Assembly: GCA_016200965.1 (NCBI GenBank)
Contig: JACQDT010000026.1
Location: 1-61,683 of the forward strand
Length of the DNA stretch: 61,683 nt
Source: Candidatus Azambacteria bacterium
GTDB taxonomy: Bacteria; Patescibacteriota; Minisyncoccia; GWC2-36-17; WO2-46-25
Direction: 5' to 3'
Numbering within the stretch: position 1 is the first letter of the stretch; each line of letters starts with the position of its first letter. The notes under the pieces were generated by a model. It saw only the letters and a list, made by a program, of their open reading frames with translations, was not told the DNA's origin and did no database searches. Shown here piece after piece: positions 10,281 to 18,542 of the stretch. The position numbers were made by a program, and so were the translations under genes.

Positions 10281-10553
10281 TTACACCGGTTGCTTTGGTC
10301 CTGCAGCATTGTACTGAATAGCGAAACGAGAATGGATGGTGTGTATGCTTCCATCATCATCCATCCTCACTTTGAGAATTAAAACCTTTTCGTCGGTCAC
10401 CCCATCACGAATATACCTCCTCTCTAGGATGGAAGCCGACCGGCCTGAAATCTGTTTCGCTTGCCATGCGAACAGGCGATCTTTCGCGTGCCGAGTGATT
10501 TCTCGGCTCACTATTATCCGATCTTCGCCTTCTCTTTCCATAGCGCCCCCCAT
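10281..10553 (-). CDS. Hypothetical small protein (90 aa)
   Basis: It is the only ORF in the 480-nt uvrB-udg gap and a minus-strand hairpin plus U-tract follows it. EITRHAKDRL weakly recalls DUF4258-type small toxins. No clear SD. Confidence 0.35.
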   Translation of the reverse strand: MGGAMEREGEDRIIVSREITRHAKDRLFAWQAKQISGRSASILERRYIRDGVTDEKVLILKVRMDDDGSIHTIHSRFAIQYNAAGPKQPV

Positions 10554-10645
10554 TATTTCAGCCCCTATTCCCCAAACTTATGTAAAAGGACTCGTCTGTG
10601 AAGATAACACAATCCTTTATTAAAATCAATTGCTGTTATCCCCTG

Positions 10646-11263
10646 TCAAAAAAGTGCCGCTTGCGCGGGTTGCTTGGTTTCTTTTTCCGGTTTTTTATCC
10701 GACACAACGGAAAAATCGGCAAGGAGTCGGGGGAGTTTGCGAAAGTCGTTTTCAAGCTCTTTCATCATCGCGCCCGAACGCAAAGCAGCCGCAGGATGGT
10801 ACACCGGCACGACGACATACCCGTCGATGTTAACCGCTCTGCCTTTGTCGCGCGAGATCTTGGCAAGCGGCAAAAAATAATTCATGGAAAAGCGCCCGAG
10901 CGTGACGATCATTTTGGGGTTGATGAGTTTGATTTGGCGCGTGAGATACGGTGTATACGCATCAAGCTCTTCGGGGAGCGGGTCGCGGTTCTCCGGCGGG
11001 CGGCGCTTTACGATGTTAGTGATGTACACGCGTTCGCGCGGCCAGCCAACCATAATAAGTAGCTTATCCAGCAACTTCCCCGCCTGCCCTACGAACGGCC
11101 GTACTAGTTTGTCTTCATGAAACCCCGGTGCTTCTCCAATGAACATCACGTCGGCGTCCATGCTCCCTTCCCCAAATACCAAATTCGCTTCGCCTTTAAG
11201 CGGCAGATGATCTGCCTCCATTTCCTGTTTTAATTTTTCCAGCGCTTCGGCCTTGCTACTCAT
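10646..11263 (-). CDS. Uracil-DNA glycosylase, family 4
   Basis: 205 aa. Motif A MFIGEAPGFHED, then RPFVGQAGKLLDKLL, and motif B HPAAALR. Confidence 0.9.
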   Translation of the reverse strand: MSSKAEALEKLKQEMEADHLPLKGEANLVFGEGSMDADVMFIGEAPGFHEDKLVRPFVGQAGKLLDKLLIMVGWPRERVYITNIVKRRPPENRDPLPEELDAYTPYLTRQIKLINPKMIVTLGRFSMNYFLPLAKISRDKGRAVNIDGYVVVPVYHPAAALRSGAMMKELENDFRKLPRLLADFSVVSDKKPEKETKQPAQAALF

Positions 11264-11341
11264 ATATTTTTAGCTGTAAAAATGGTTAGAGAATGTAAAA
11301 CTTAGCGAGTAGAAATACCCCTGCTACCTACCCGCTACATT

Positions 11342-12958
11342 CTATGTTCTGTTAGCAAGCGCCGCTTTGATGAATTCGCGGAAAAGCGGGTGCGGGCGCA
11401 AAGGGCGGGAGGTAAATTCCGGGTGAAATTGCACGCCGACAAACCACGGATGATCCTTATTTTCCAAAATCTCGCACAAACCGCTTTCCGGATTGACGCC
11501 CGCGATTGTCATACCCTGTTCTTCAAACCGCGCTGTATATGCGCCGTTGAATTCATAGCGATGGCGATGGCGTTCCGTTATGTTCTCCTCGCCGTAGGCC
11601 GTGAAACTCTTCGAGTTTTTTTGCACGATGCATGCGTAATTGCCCAGGCGCATCGTGCCGCCTTTTTTATAGATAGTGCGCTGTCCTTCCATAAGGTAAA
11701 TGACCGGATTTTTCGTCTGCTCGTCAAACTCCGCCGAATGCGCATCGGCGATGCCCAGCACATTGCGCGCAAACTCGATCGCCGCGATCTGCATACCAAG
11801 ACACAATCCCAAATAGGGCACCTTGTGTTCCCGCGCGTATTTCGCCACCGCGATTTTCCCTTCCACTCCCCGCTTGCCGAAACCGCCCATCACCACAATG
11901 CCTTTTGCCTGCCTCACCTTTTCCCATTCCTCTTCCGCTTCTTTCCCGCCATTTTCCAATTTCTCTGAATCAATCCATATCAGCTCGGCTTTCCTGCCAT
12001 TTTCATATCCCGCCGATTTCACTGCTTCAATGACGCTCAGGTACGCATCTTTGAGCTCCGTGTATTTTCCGACAAGCGCGATGAATAAGGGAGGCAAATC
12101 CGATTTTATCTTTTCTACGAATGTTTCCCATGCGGCAAGCTTGGGCGCTTTGTGTTCCATGCGAAAATGATCCGAAACCAATTTCGTAATGGCGTATTTT
12201 TCAAAATTCAGCGGCACTTCGTAAATAGTGCCCACTGTCGGCGCAGGTATTACCGCCTCCTTGGGCACATCGCAAAACAGCGCGATTTTTTCAAGATGCT
12301 CTTTCTGCACATGATCATCATAGCGGCACAAAATAATATCGGCGTTGATACCCATGCGCCGCAGTTCGCGCACCGACGCCTGCGCCGGCTTTGTCTTTAC
12401 CTCGCCAGAACTCTTTAAATGCGGCAGAAGCACCAAATGGACGAACATGACGTTGTGATGCCCCTCTTCGTGATGCAGTTGACGTATCGCTTCAAGATAC
12501 GGCTCCGCCTCGATGTCGCCCACGGTGCCGCCGATCTCGCATATGAATATGTCCGCAGCGGAACTCTCCGCGCATTTTTTTATGTACTCTTTGATCGTGT
12601 TGGTCACGTGCGGGATCACCTGTATCGTTTTTCCCAAAAAGGCGCCCTCGCGCTCTTTATCCAGCACCCTCTGATACACCTGCCCGGTGGACACGCTTGA
12701 AAGGGATGAGAATTCTTCGTCAATAAATCGCTCGTAATGCCCCACATCCAGGTCGGTTTCGGCGCCGTCTTTAGTCACAAACACCTCGCCGTGCTGATAC
12801 GGATTCATTGTCCCCGGGTCCACGTTCAAATAAGGGTCCAGTTTCTGCAAAGCCACCTTGTGCCCCGCCGCTTTCAAAAGCATGCCAATGGACGCGCATG
12901 AAATTCCTTTCCCGAGCCCCGAACACACCCCTCCTGTGATAAAAATATATCGCGGCAT
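11342..12958 (-). CDS. pyrG: CTP synthase
   Basis: 538 aa. MPRYIFITGGVCSGLGKG and the glutamine amidotransferase motif GLCLGMQ. Confidence 0.95.
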   Translation of the reverse strand: MPRYIFITGGVCSGLGKGISCASIGMLLKAAGHKVALQKLDPYLNVDPGTMNPYQHGEVFVTKDGAETDLDVGHYERFIDEEFSSLSSVSTGQVYQRVLDKEREGAFLGKTIQVIPHVTNTIKEYIKKCAESSAADIFICEIGGTVGDIEAEPYLEAIRQLHHEEGHHNVMFVHLVLLPHLKSSGEVKTKPAQASVRELRRMGINADIILCRYDDHVQKEHLEKIALFCDVPKEAVIPAPTVGTIYEVPLNFEKYAITKLVSDHFRMEHKAPKLAAWETFVEKIKSDLPPLFIALVGKYTELKDAYLSVIEAVKSAGYENGRKAELIWIDSEKLENGGKEAEEEWEKVRQAKGIVVMGGFGKRGVEGKIAVAKYAREHKVPYLGLCLGMQIAAIEFARNVLGIADAHSAEFDEQTKNPVIYLMEGQRTIYKKGGTMRLGNYACIVQKNSKSFTAYGEENITERHRHRYEFNGAYTARFEEQGMTIAGVNPESGLCEILENKDHPWFVGVQFHPEFTSRPLRPHPLFREFIKAALANRT

Positions 12959-13002
12959 AATGATGAAATTATATACGAAACAGTTCGTACGCGAAAGCCC
13001 TT

Positions 13003-13123
13003 GCCCCGAACCAGAACTGCTGTTCGGTACGGGACTGCGCCCGTGGTCTCGCCTGCAATGCGCGTTTTGTTTCCATCTGAAACGTCGGTGCCGTCAATTC
13101 TTGGTTTGGGGCTTGCTTTTTTT
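13003..13123 (+). promoter_or_regulatory. Structured ~120-nt element closed by a long-range stem and ending in a U-tract, upstream of rpsT (leader, attenuator or sRNA candidate)
   Basis: 13003-13016 gccccgaaccagaa pairs with 13098-13112 ttcttggtttggggc (14 bp, one G:U, one bulge). Internal hairpins are acggg/cccgu and guuuc/gaaac. T7 run at 13117-13123. The rpsT ATG is at 13175. Confidence 0.35.
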
Positions 13124-13174
13124 CTGCCGTTGGGTTAGAGTGAGGAAAGTTTTTATTTCGTTATTCCATCCTTT

Positions 13175-13441
13175 ATGCCGATTACCTCATCAGCAAAAAA
13201 AGCATTGCGACAGAGCGCGCGCAAAAGAGTGCAGAATGTGCGTTATTTGAATAAGATACGGATACTCGCAAAAGAGATAAAGAAGCTCGCTGGGCAAGCC
13301 AAAACACAGGATGCAAAAGCGCTTCTGCCCAAGCTGTACCAAGCACTCGACAAGGCGGCAAAAGAGAACACCATCAAGAAAAATACCGCCTCGCGCCAGA
13401 AATCCCGGATCACCAAGCTTCTGAACAAAGTTTCAAAGTAA
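13175..13441 (+). CDS. rpsT: 30S ribosomal protein S20
   Basis: 88 aa, basic. MPITSSAKKALRQSARKRVQN is typical of the S20 N-terminus. Confidence 0.9.
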   Translation: MPITSSAKKALRQSARKRVQNVRYLNKIRILAKEIKKLAGQAKTQDAKALLPKLYQALDKAAKENTIKKNTASRQKSRITKLLNKVSK

Positions 13442-13457
13442 ATCCAAGCGCTTACAA

Positions 13458-13509
13458 AGATTGTACGTTTCAGTTGCGATCGCTAGTAAGGCGTACAATC
13501 TGTATTACA
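13458..13509 (+). repeat. Copy 1 of a ~52-nt hairpin repeat (ATTGTACGT-N24-GTACAATCTGTATTACA)
   Basis: The arms agattgtacg (13458-13467) and cgtacaatct (13492-13501) pair. The 17-mer gtacaatctgtattaca (13493-13509), the 9-mer attgtacgt and the core ttgcgatcgct recur in reverse orientation at 50992-51042. Confidence 0.7.
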
Positions 13510-14446
13510 GCCCCAGTATGAGATTTTCCGCAGCGGTGGCAAAAGAGGTCTTTCCTGTTTTGAGCGAGAGATCGAGTTCCAAAAGCTTCCGATAGATGCC
13601 CTTTAACTGCTCGGTGGTATATCTTTGCGCATGGGGAATAGTTTTACGGATGGCGAACGGATGTATGCCGGTCGCTTTTTTTATTTTTTCGCTATCATAA
13701 CCACGATCAAGCAAGCTTCTTATTTTCAATATGCTCCTGAATTGAAACACAATCATGGCGAATATCCGCGTCCAGTCCTCGCCCTGTTTCAATAACGCGT
13801 GAAAATGCCTCGCCGCCGCGCTTGCATTTCCGCCGGACAGCGCCGAAATCGCCTCAAAGATCTCGCCCTCCGATTCCTGCGCGACCAACAGCGCAACATT
13901 CTTTTTTGTGACATGCGCGTCATACGAGACAAGCTTTGCTATTTCGTTCCAAAGACGCCATGCATCCCCTTCGCAGGCAGAAACAAGAAGCTCGAGCGCG
14001 TCCGAATCAATCGTGCCGCCCGCGTTAGATATTTCCCCCTTCGCCCACGCCGCGCGTTGTGCCGGCGCCAAATTTTTTGACTCTTGGACCACCGACGGTT
14101 TTTCTAAAAGCCATCGTATCTGTTTATTTTTAGATGCGGAAAGCGAAATATGCTCCGAAAATACCACTACCGTATTGTTGTCTTCTTTTATATTCTTTGT
14201 GCGCAAGAAAACAAACAGCGCATCGTTTTCCTTCGCGGATGCAAGCGCATTTTTGCATACCATGAGTTTTTTTTGGTCAAACAGCGAAGCGGTTTCCGCC
14301 GCCGCCTTGAAATCCTCAAAATCAAAGTCATCGGCGGACACAAAAAAACTCAGGCCATGAGAATGCTTTGCCCAATACTCTGCGATTATTTCATCGCGCT
14401 TGCGCTTCGTGAAAAAACTGTTCTCGCCGTGAAGTACGATTATCAT
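13505..14446 (-). CDS. holA: DNA polymerase III subunit delta
   Basis: 313 aa. MIIVLHGENSFFTKRKRDEII and overall length and helical C-terminus as in HolA. Confidence 0.8.
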   Translation of the reverse strand: MIIVLHGENSFFTKRKRDEIIAEYWAKHSHGLSFFVSADDFDFEDFKAAAETASLFDQKKLMVCKNALASAKENDALFVFLRTKNIKEDNNTVVVFSEHISLSASKNKQIRWLLEKPSVVQESKNLAPAQRAAWAKGEISNAGGTIDSDALELLVSACEGDAWRLWNEIAKLVSYDAHVTKKNVALLVAQESEGEIFEAISALSGGNASAAARHFHALLKQGEDWTRIFAMIVFQFRSILKIRSLLDRGYDSEKIKKATGIHPFAIRKTIPHAQRYTTEQLKGIYRKLLELDLSLKTGKTSFATAAENLILGL

Positions 14447-15525
14447 TTGAGCGTCAATTCCACTTTTTGGTTGGGCTGGACGATGGAAACCCAGATTTTG
14501 CCCTCCACCAATCCGATTTCTTTTCCGGAGACGTCCAAAAAGTAATATTTGTTATCGCTCTGCTCGGTTTCCCCGCCATACATCTCTTTTGCCCGTTTCC
14601 ATCTGCCCTTTATCACTTCGCCGTTGCGATATAAGGTAAGATTTCCTTCGCCTTCCACATCAACTTCGTTGTAATCGGCATTCACCTGCTGTGACGCGGC
14701 AACCATGACAAGCACGTTTTTCACTTCTACCTGCCCTCCCGTCGCCCCATCCATTTCTTTCTCGCCGCCCCGCCACCTGCGATACGAGTTGGCCGCATGG
14801 TCATATACAAAATCAACTTGATACGGCCGCGGATAGCCGAGAAAAATATTCTGATCCACGTCCAGCGCCGACTCGCCCTTGATATGCACATATCCTTTCG
14901 TTGTGGTGCCCGCGGTGCGATAATTGAGTTTTTCTGCGGCATTCAATAACCCCGCAAAAGAAGTAAAACCGTTATGAGGTGCGAGCCGGTCGTTTTTGCG
15001 CCAGAACGCATCAAAGGGATTTTTGATAGAATCGATATTATCAATAACGCCGGTTTTTAAAATATCCAGCGCGAGATACGATCCTCCCCAATGCGCAAAA
15101 ATCGCATCAAAGCTTTTCGCAAACGGCAAAAAATCATGGCGCGCCGAACGGACAGAACCGATCTCCTCTGGCTGTTCGCACCCAAACAGCGCCATATAGC
15201 GCGTAATGCCGTTGGTAAGCGCCGGCATCTCCACAACGACGTCCGCTTGCGAAATTCCGAAAAGCGGCCGTGCCACATGATCCGCCGCAAGCATCACCGC
15301 AAGAGGACGCCGGTCTCCTTCACCACACGATTCCCCTGTGAGAGGGTTTATCGCAAAACGTTTTGGCGTTGCTTCTTTTTTATCCTGCATCTCCGTTTGT
15401 CGTTCCTGTACCATCGTTTCCCGCCCCACGCTCACCGTCTTTCCCAAATCAAGAAAATATAAAATAAGGCCGCCGCCCGCGAGGGCAACCGCCAAAAGAA
15501 CGCCAACAACGATTCGATGACTCAT
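14443..15525 (-). CDS. DUF3048 domain protein (YerB-like), membrane-anchored
   Basis: 360 aa. N-terminal TM helix. RPLAVMLAADHVARPLFGISQADVVVEMPALTNGITRYMALF matches the DUF3048 core. Confidence 0.75.
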   Translation of the reverse strand: MSHRIVVGVLLAVALAGGGLILYFLDLGKTVSVGRETMVQERQTEMQDKKEATPKRFAINPLTGESCGEGDRRPLAVMLAADHVARPLFGISQADVVVEMPALTNGITRYMALFGCEQPEEIGSVRSARHDFLPFAKSFDAIFAHWGGSYLALDILKTGVIDNIDSIKNPFDAFWRKNDRLAPHNGFTSFAGLLNAAEKLNYRTAGTTTKGYVHIKGESALDVDQNIFLGYPRPYQVDFVYDHAANSYRRWRGGEKEMDGATGGQVEVKNVLVMVAASQQVNADYNEVDVEGEGNLTLYRNGEVIKGRWKRAKEMYGGETEQSDNKYYFLDVSGKEIGLVEGKIWVSIVQPNQKVELTLK

Positions 15526-15531
15526 GGTAAT

Positions 15532-16281
15532 TTAATATGCCTTCGCGAGCACCGCCTTGACCTTGTCTATTATTTCTCCGGGAGTATTATGCGCCTTCAC
15601 CAAATAATCGGTGGCACCCAAGCGCAATCCTTTTTCAATATCGTCTTTTTGCCCTAAATTGGAAAGAATGATAATCGGCGTGGTTTTAGTCGCTTCATTG
15701 GAACGTATTTTCTGAAGCACTTCAAATCCATCAAATCCGGGCAAGATAAGATCCAGAAGTACGATGTGCGGTTTTTCCTGAAAGATTTTTCGCAACCCGT
15801 CCTCCCCGTCAAACGCCTGCGTCACGCGGAATTCTTCTTTCATGAGTTTTTGAGAAATAAGATCACGCAGGAAACTGTCGTCTTCCACCAACAACACGCG
15901 AAACGCTTTCGGATCAATGGTTTTTCCATTCGTGGAAATTTCATCTTTCTTCAAAGAAACAGGTCTTACGTTTTTGCCCAGTAACTTCAGCTGAACACTA
16001 ATCTTATCAAGTACCTCCTGCGGGTCGAATTCCGCTTTCACAAGATAATCCTTCACCCCCATCGCCACCGCCTTTTCAATTTCCACCGGCTGGCCCGAGT
16101 TGGAAATAATGATTACCGGAATTTTCGTGAGCTCCTTGTCCTCGCGCAACCCGGCAAGCACTTCAAATCCGTCCATCTTCGGCATCACGATGAAGACCCG
16201 CTTCCCCGTCTTTTGCAGAAAACACTTCGTACCCTTCTTTTTTGAGCTTCTTTCCGAGCACGTCAAGAAGCACCTCTTCAT
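15532..16281 (-). CDS. Response regulator with one intact receiver domain preceded by a disrupted N-terminal receiver domain
   Basis: The C-terminal REC is intact (RVLLVEDD...VLLDLILPGFDGFEVL...ATDYLVKA). The N-terminal REC is split: its beginning (MDEPEKIKVALIEDEEVLLD...AKDGEAGL) is in another frame from ATG 16321 and stops at 16163. Confidence 0.7.
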   Translation of the reverse strand: MKRCFLTCSERSSKKKGTKCFLQKTGKRVFIVMPKMDGFEVLAGLREDKELTKIPVIIISNSGQPVEIEKAVAMGVKDYLVKAEFDPQEVLDKISVQLKLLGKNVRPVSLKKDEISTNGKTIDPKAFRVLLVEDDSFLRDLISQKLMKEEFRVTQAFDGEDGLRKIFQEKPHIVLLDLILPGFDGFEVLQKIRSNEATKTTPIIILSNLGQKDDIEKGLRLGATDYLVKAHNTPGEIIDKVKAVLAKAY

Positions 16282-16341
16282 CTTCTATCAACGCAACTTT
16301 TATTTTTTCTGGTTCATCCATTAAAATGTATTTAAAACATG

Positions 16342-17481
16342 CTAGATAGTGCCGTCAAACAATGTGATATACGCGATTCCCGCCGCGAATATGCACATAA
16401 GCGCATACAATGCCATGTTGGAGATGCAAAGCGTGTATTCTGGCTGACGATTGCCCTGCTTGCGCGCGCGGCGGTAAATCATGATGAGAAAAATGCCGTC
16501 GATGCCGCCCAGCAATGCGCCTAAAAAACCGATGATTTCAATAAAACTGCGCCACTGAAAGAATAATAACACGAAAGGAACCAAAAGCGCGCACGCAAGA
16601 GCCATTTTGTCAGATATGCCCATATCATATCGCAGAGTATCTCTCAAGTAAAGGCCGAACACGAGATACGACGTAGCGACCAGCGCCACGCCAAGGACCG
16701 CGCCTAAAAATACCGCGGACTCGCCAAGCGCGCCATGCAAACCGGAAAGCGCGTTTTCCGATGTAGCCGCGCCGCTCACCCCCAGGATGGCAATCGTGAA
16801 CAGCGCATACAAACACACGGGAATAAGCGTGCCGGTAATGATTGCGCGCTTCATCGCGTGTTCTTTTCCTTCAAGCATATCGCGCATAGCAGGAATAGCC
16901 GCTCCGCCCGCGAGCGCAAACAACACCACGCCATAGGGCAGAAAGATCTTGCTTGGGTCAAATCCCGCCAGATTATGCGCGTCCAGATGGGGCACACTCA
17001 TAAAAAAGAGAAAAACGATGATACCGATCATCAGCGCGAACATGGCAAGCTCCAATTCTTTCACCATCCTCAAGCCGAGCGCAAGCACCGCGCTCATGAT
17101 CGCCCAGAATATAAACTGATTCGCATACACCGACCCGAATATGCCGTACGTCGCTTCCTGAAAAAACGCGCCGCCCACTAAAATATATACCAGCATGCCG
17201 CCGGACAATCCCACCAGAGCCGTCAGCGCAAAGAACCGCTTTGCCCCTGCGCCAAGATATATCCCCGCGTATCCCGTCATTCGATGACGCTCTTTCGTGC
17301 GCAATATGATCTCTCCGAACATTAAATGCAACGCGACAAATATTGCGGCAAACACGGCAAGATAAGCGCACAAAATAAAAAATCCCGCCCGCGAAGCCAC
17401 GAACGGCAAACCGAACATTCCCACACCGATGATGGTCCCCGTCAACGTCGCGACCGCGTACCAGAAATTATTTGAGATCAT
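16342..17481 (-). CDS. Amino acid permease (aromatic amino acid/Trp-Tyr permease-like family)
   Basis: About 11 TM helices. MISNNFWYAVATLTGTIIGVGMFGLPFV is an N-terminus typical of this transporter family. Start set at the ATG at 17481. Confidence 0.7.
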   Translation of the reverse strand: MISNNFWYAVATLTGTIIGVGMFGLPFVASRAGFFILCAYLAVFAAIFVALHLMFGEIILRTKERHRMTGYAGIYLGAGAKRFFALTALVGLSGGMLVYILVGGAFFQEATYGIFGSVYANQFIFWAIMSAVLALGLRMVKELELAMFALMIGIIVFLFFMSVPHLDAHNLAGFDPSKIFLPYGVVLFALAGGAAIPAMRDMLEGKEHAMKRAIITGTLIPVCLYALFTIAILGVSGAATSENALSGLHGALGESAVFLGAVLGVALVATSYLVFGLYLRDTLRYDMGISDKMALACALLVPFVLLFFQWRSFIEIIGFLGALLGGIDGIFLIMIYRRARKQGNRQPEYTLCISNMALYALMCIFAAGIAYITLFDGTI

Positions 17482-17914
17482 CTTTGACTCCGGCAAATTT
17501 ATGAATGCGCTCTTCAAGGTGCAGCTTCCTGAGCCCCGCGAGAACACAAAGCACCAGCACAGTCCCCGCAACCGCGAGAGTGGTATATCTCATTCCGGCC
17601 GCGACCCCTACTCCCGCCATCGCCCACAATCCCGCCGCCGTCGTCAGGCCGTGCACTTTGTTTTCATGCACGATAATAAGCCCGCCGCCCAAAAAACCGA
17701 TGCCGATGACAATTTGTGAAATAATACGCGATGGATCGGAAAAATTCGGATCAAAAGATAACAGGGCAAACAGTGCGGCGCCGAACGTCACCAGCGAATA
17801 GGTCTTCATCCCCGCTTCTTTGCCCACGAATTCCCGCTCCATGCCCACCACAAGCCCGAGCCCGAGGGCGAGCAGAAGATAAGGGATCATTGCAAGTTGT
17901 TCCGGATCAATCAT
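17468..17914 (-). CDS. MgtC/SapB family membrane protein
   Basis: 148 aa. LALGLGLVVGMEREFVGKEAGMKTYSLV matches the MgtC-family N-terminal motif. Confidence 0.85.
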   Translation of the reverse strand: MIDPEQLAMIPYLLLALGLGLVVGMEREFVGKEAGMKTYSLVTFGAALFALLSFDPNFSDPSRIISQIVIGIGFLGGGLIIVHENKVHGLTTAAGLWAMAGVGVAAGMRYTTLAVAGTVLVLCVLAGLRKLHLEERIHKFAGVKDDLK

Positions 17915-17917
17915 GTG

Positions 17918-18511
17918 TTATAAGCGTGAAACAAGTCCGCCGTATTTTCGCGTCTTAATTTTATGTTCCTTCTCAATCGCCTGAATTACTTTGCGGACCA
18001 AATCTTTTGGTTTACTTTCATATACTATATTCCCGGGTCCGCGGTGCATTTTCCCCACGATTTCAGCGATACTGTCCGCCGCGCCCCCTGACCCCGTCAA
18101 CACTCCCTGCGGCTTTCTGTCTTCAAACGCGATGGTAAATTCATTTAAACTTCCCATGCGGCCGCAAATAGTAATCACCGCGTCAGCCGCGCGGGTGAGT
18201 AATAAATTTCTCCCCGCGTAATCAAAACCGGTGTAAATGATGAGGTCAAAATAGTCCGTTGGGAGCCGGTAGGTTTTCACATGCGCGAATTCCGAGACCG
18301 CCGGTGAAAGCCCGATGGAAATGCCGCCCGCCTCTTTCGCTCCTTTTGCGGCCCAAAACGGTATGCCCGAAGTCGCTCCTGTCACGATCACCGCTCCCTG
18401 GCGCGCGATTTCGCGCCCCACTTCTTCGGCCAATTCCAGCGCGTTGGGCACGCAATGCCCGGACTCCGCCGCCCCCGACACGCAAATTTTAAACTTCGGC
18501 GTTGAACTCAT
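17918..18511 (-). CDS. LOG/TIGR00725-like Rossmann-fold protein
   Basis: 197 aa. KICVSGAAESG...IVTGATSGIPFWAAKGAKEAGGISIGLSP and ...ICGRMGSLNE are typical of the SLOG/LOG superfamily. Confidence 0.7.
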   Translation of the reverse strand: MSSTPKFKICVSGAAESGHCVPNALELAEEVGREIARQGAVIVTGATSGIPFWAAKGAKEAGGISIGLSPAVSEFAHVKTYRLPTDYFDLIIYTGFDYAGRNLLLTRAADAVITICGRMGSLNEFTIAFEDRKPQGVLTGSGGAADSIAEIVGKMHRGPGNIVYESKPKDLVRKVIQAIEKEHKIKTRKYGGLVSRL

Positions 18512-18542
18512 GCACTATATGATAACAGATAACTATGATGTT

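Noticed and set aside
13003-13123. Small SRP (4.5S) RNA in the pyrG-rpsT spacer
   Set aside because: It is a hairpin-closed ~110-nt shape, but neither strand has the conserved domain IV loops (GGAA tetraloop context with AGCA/AGG symmetric loop).
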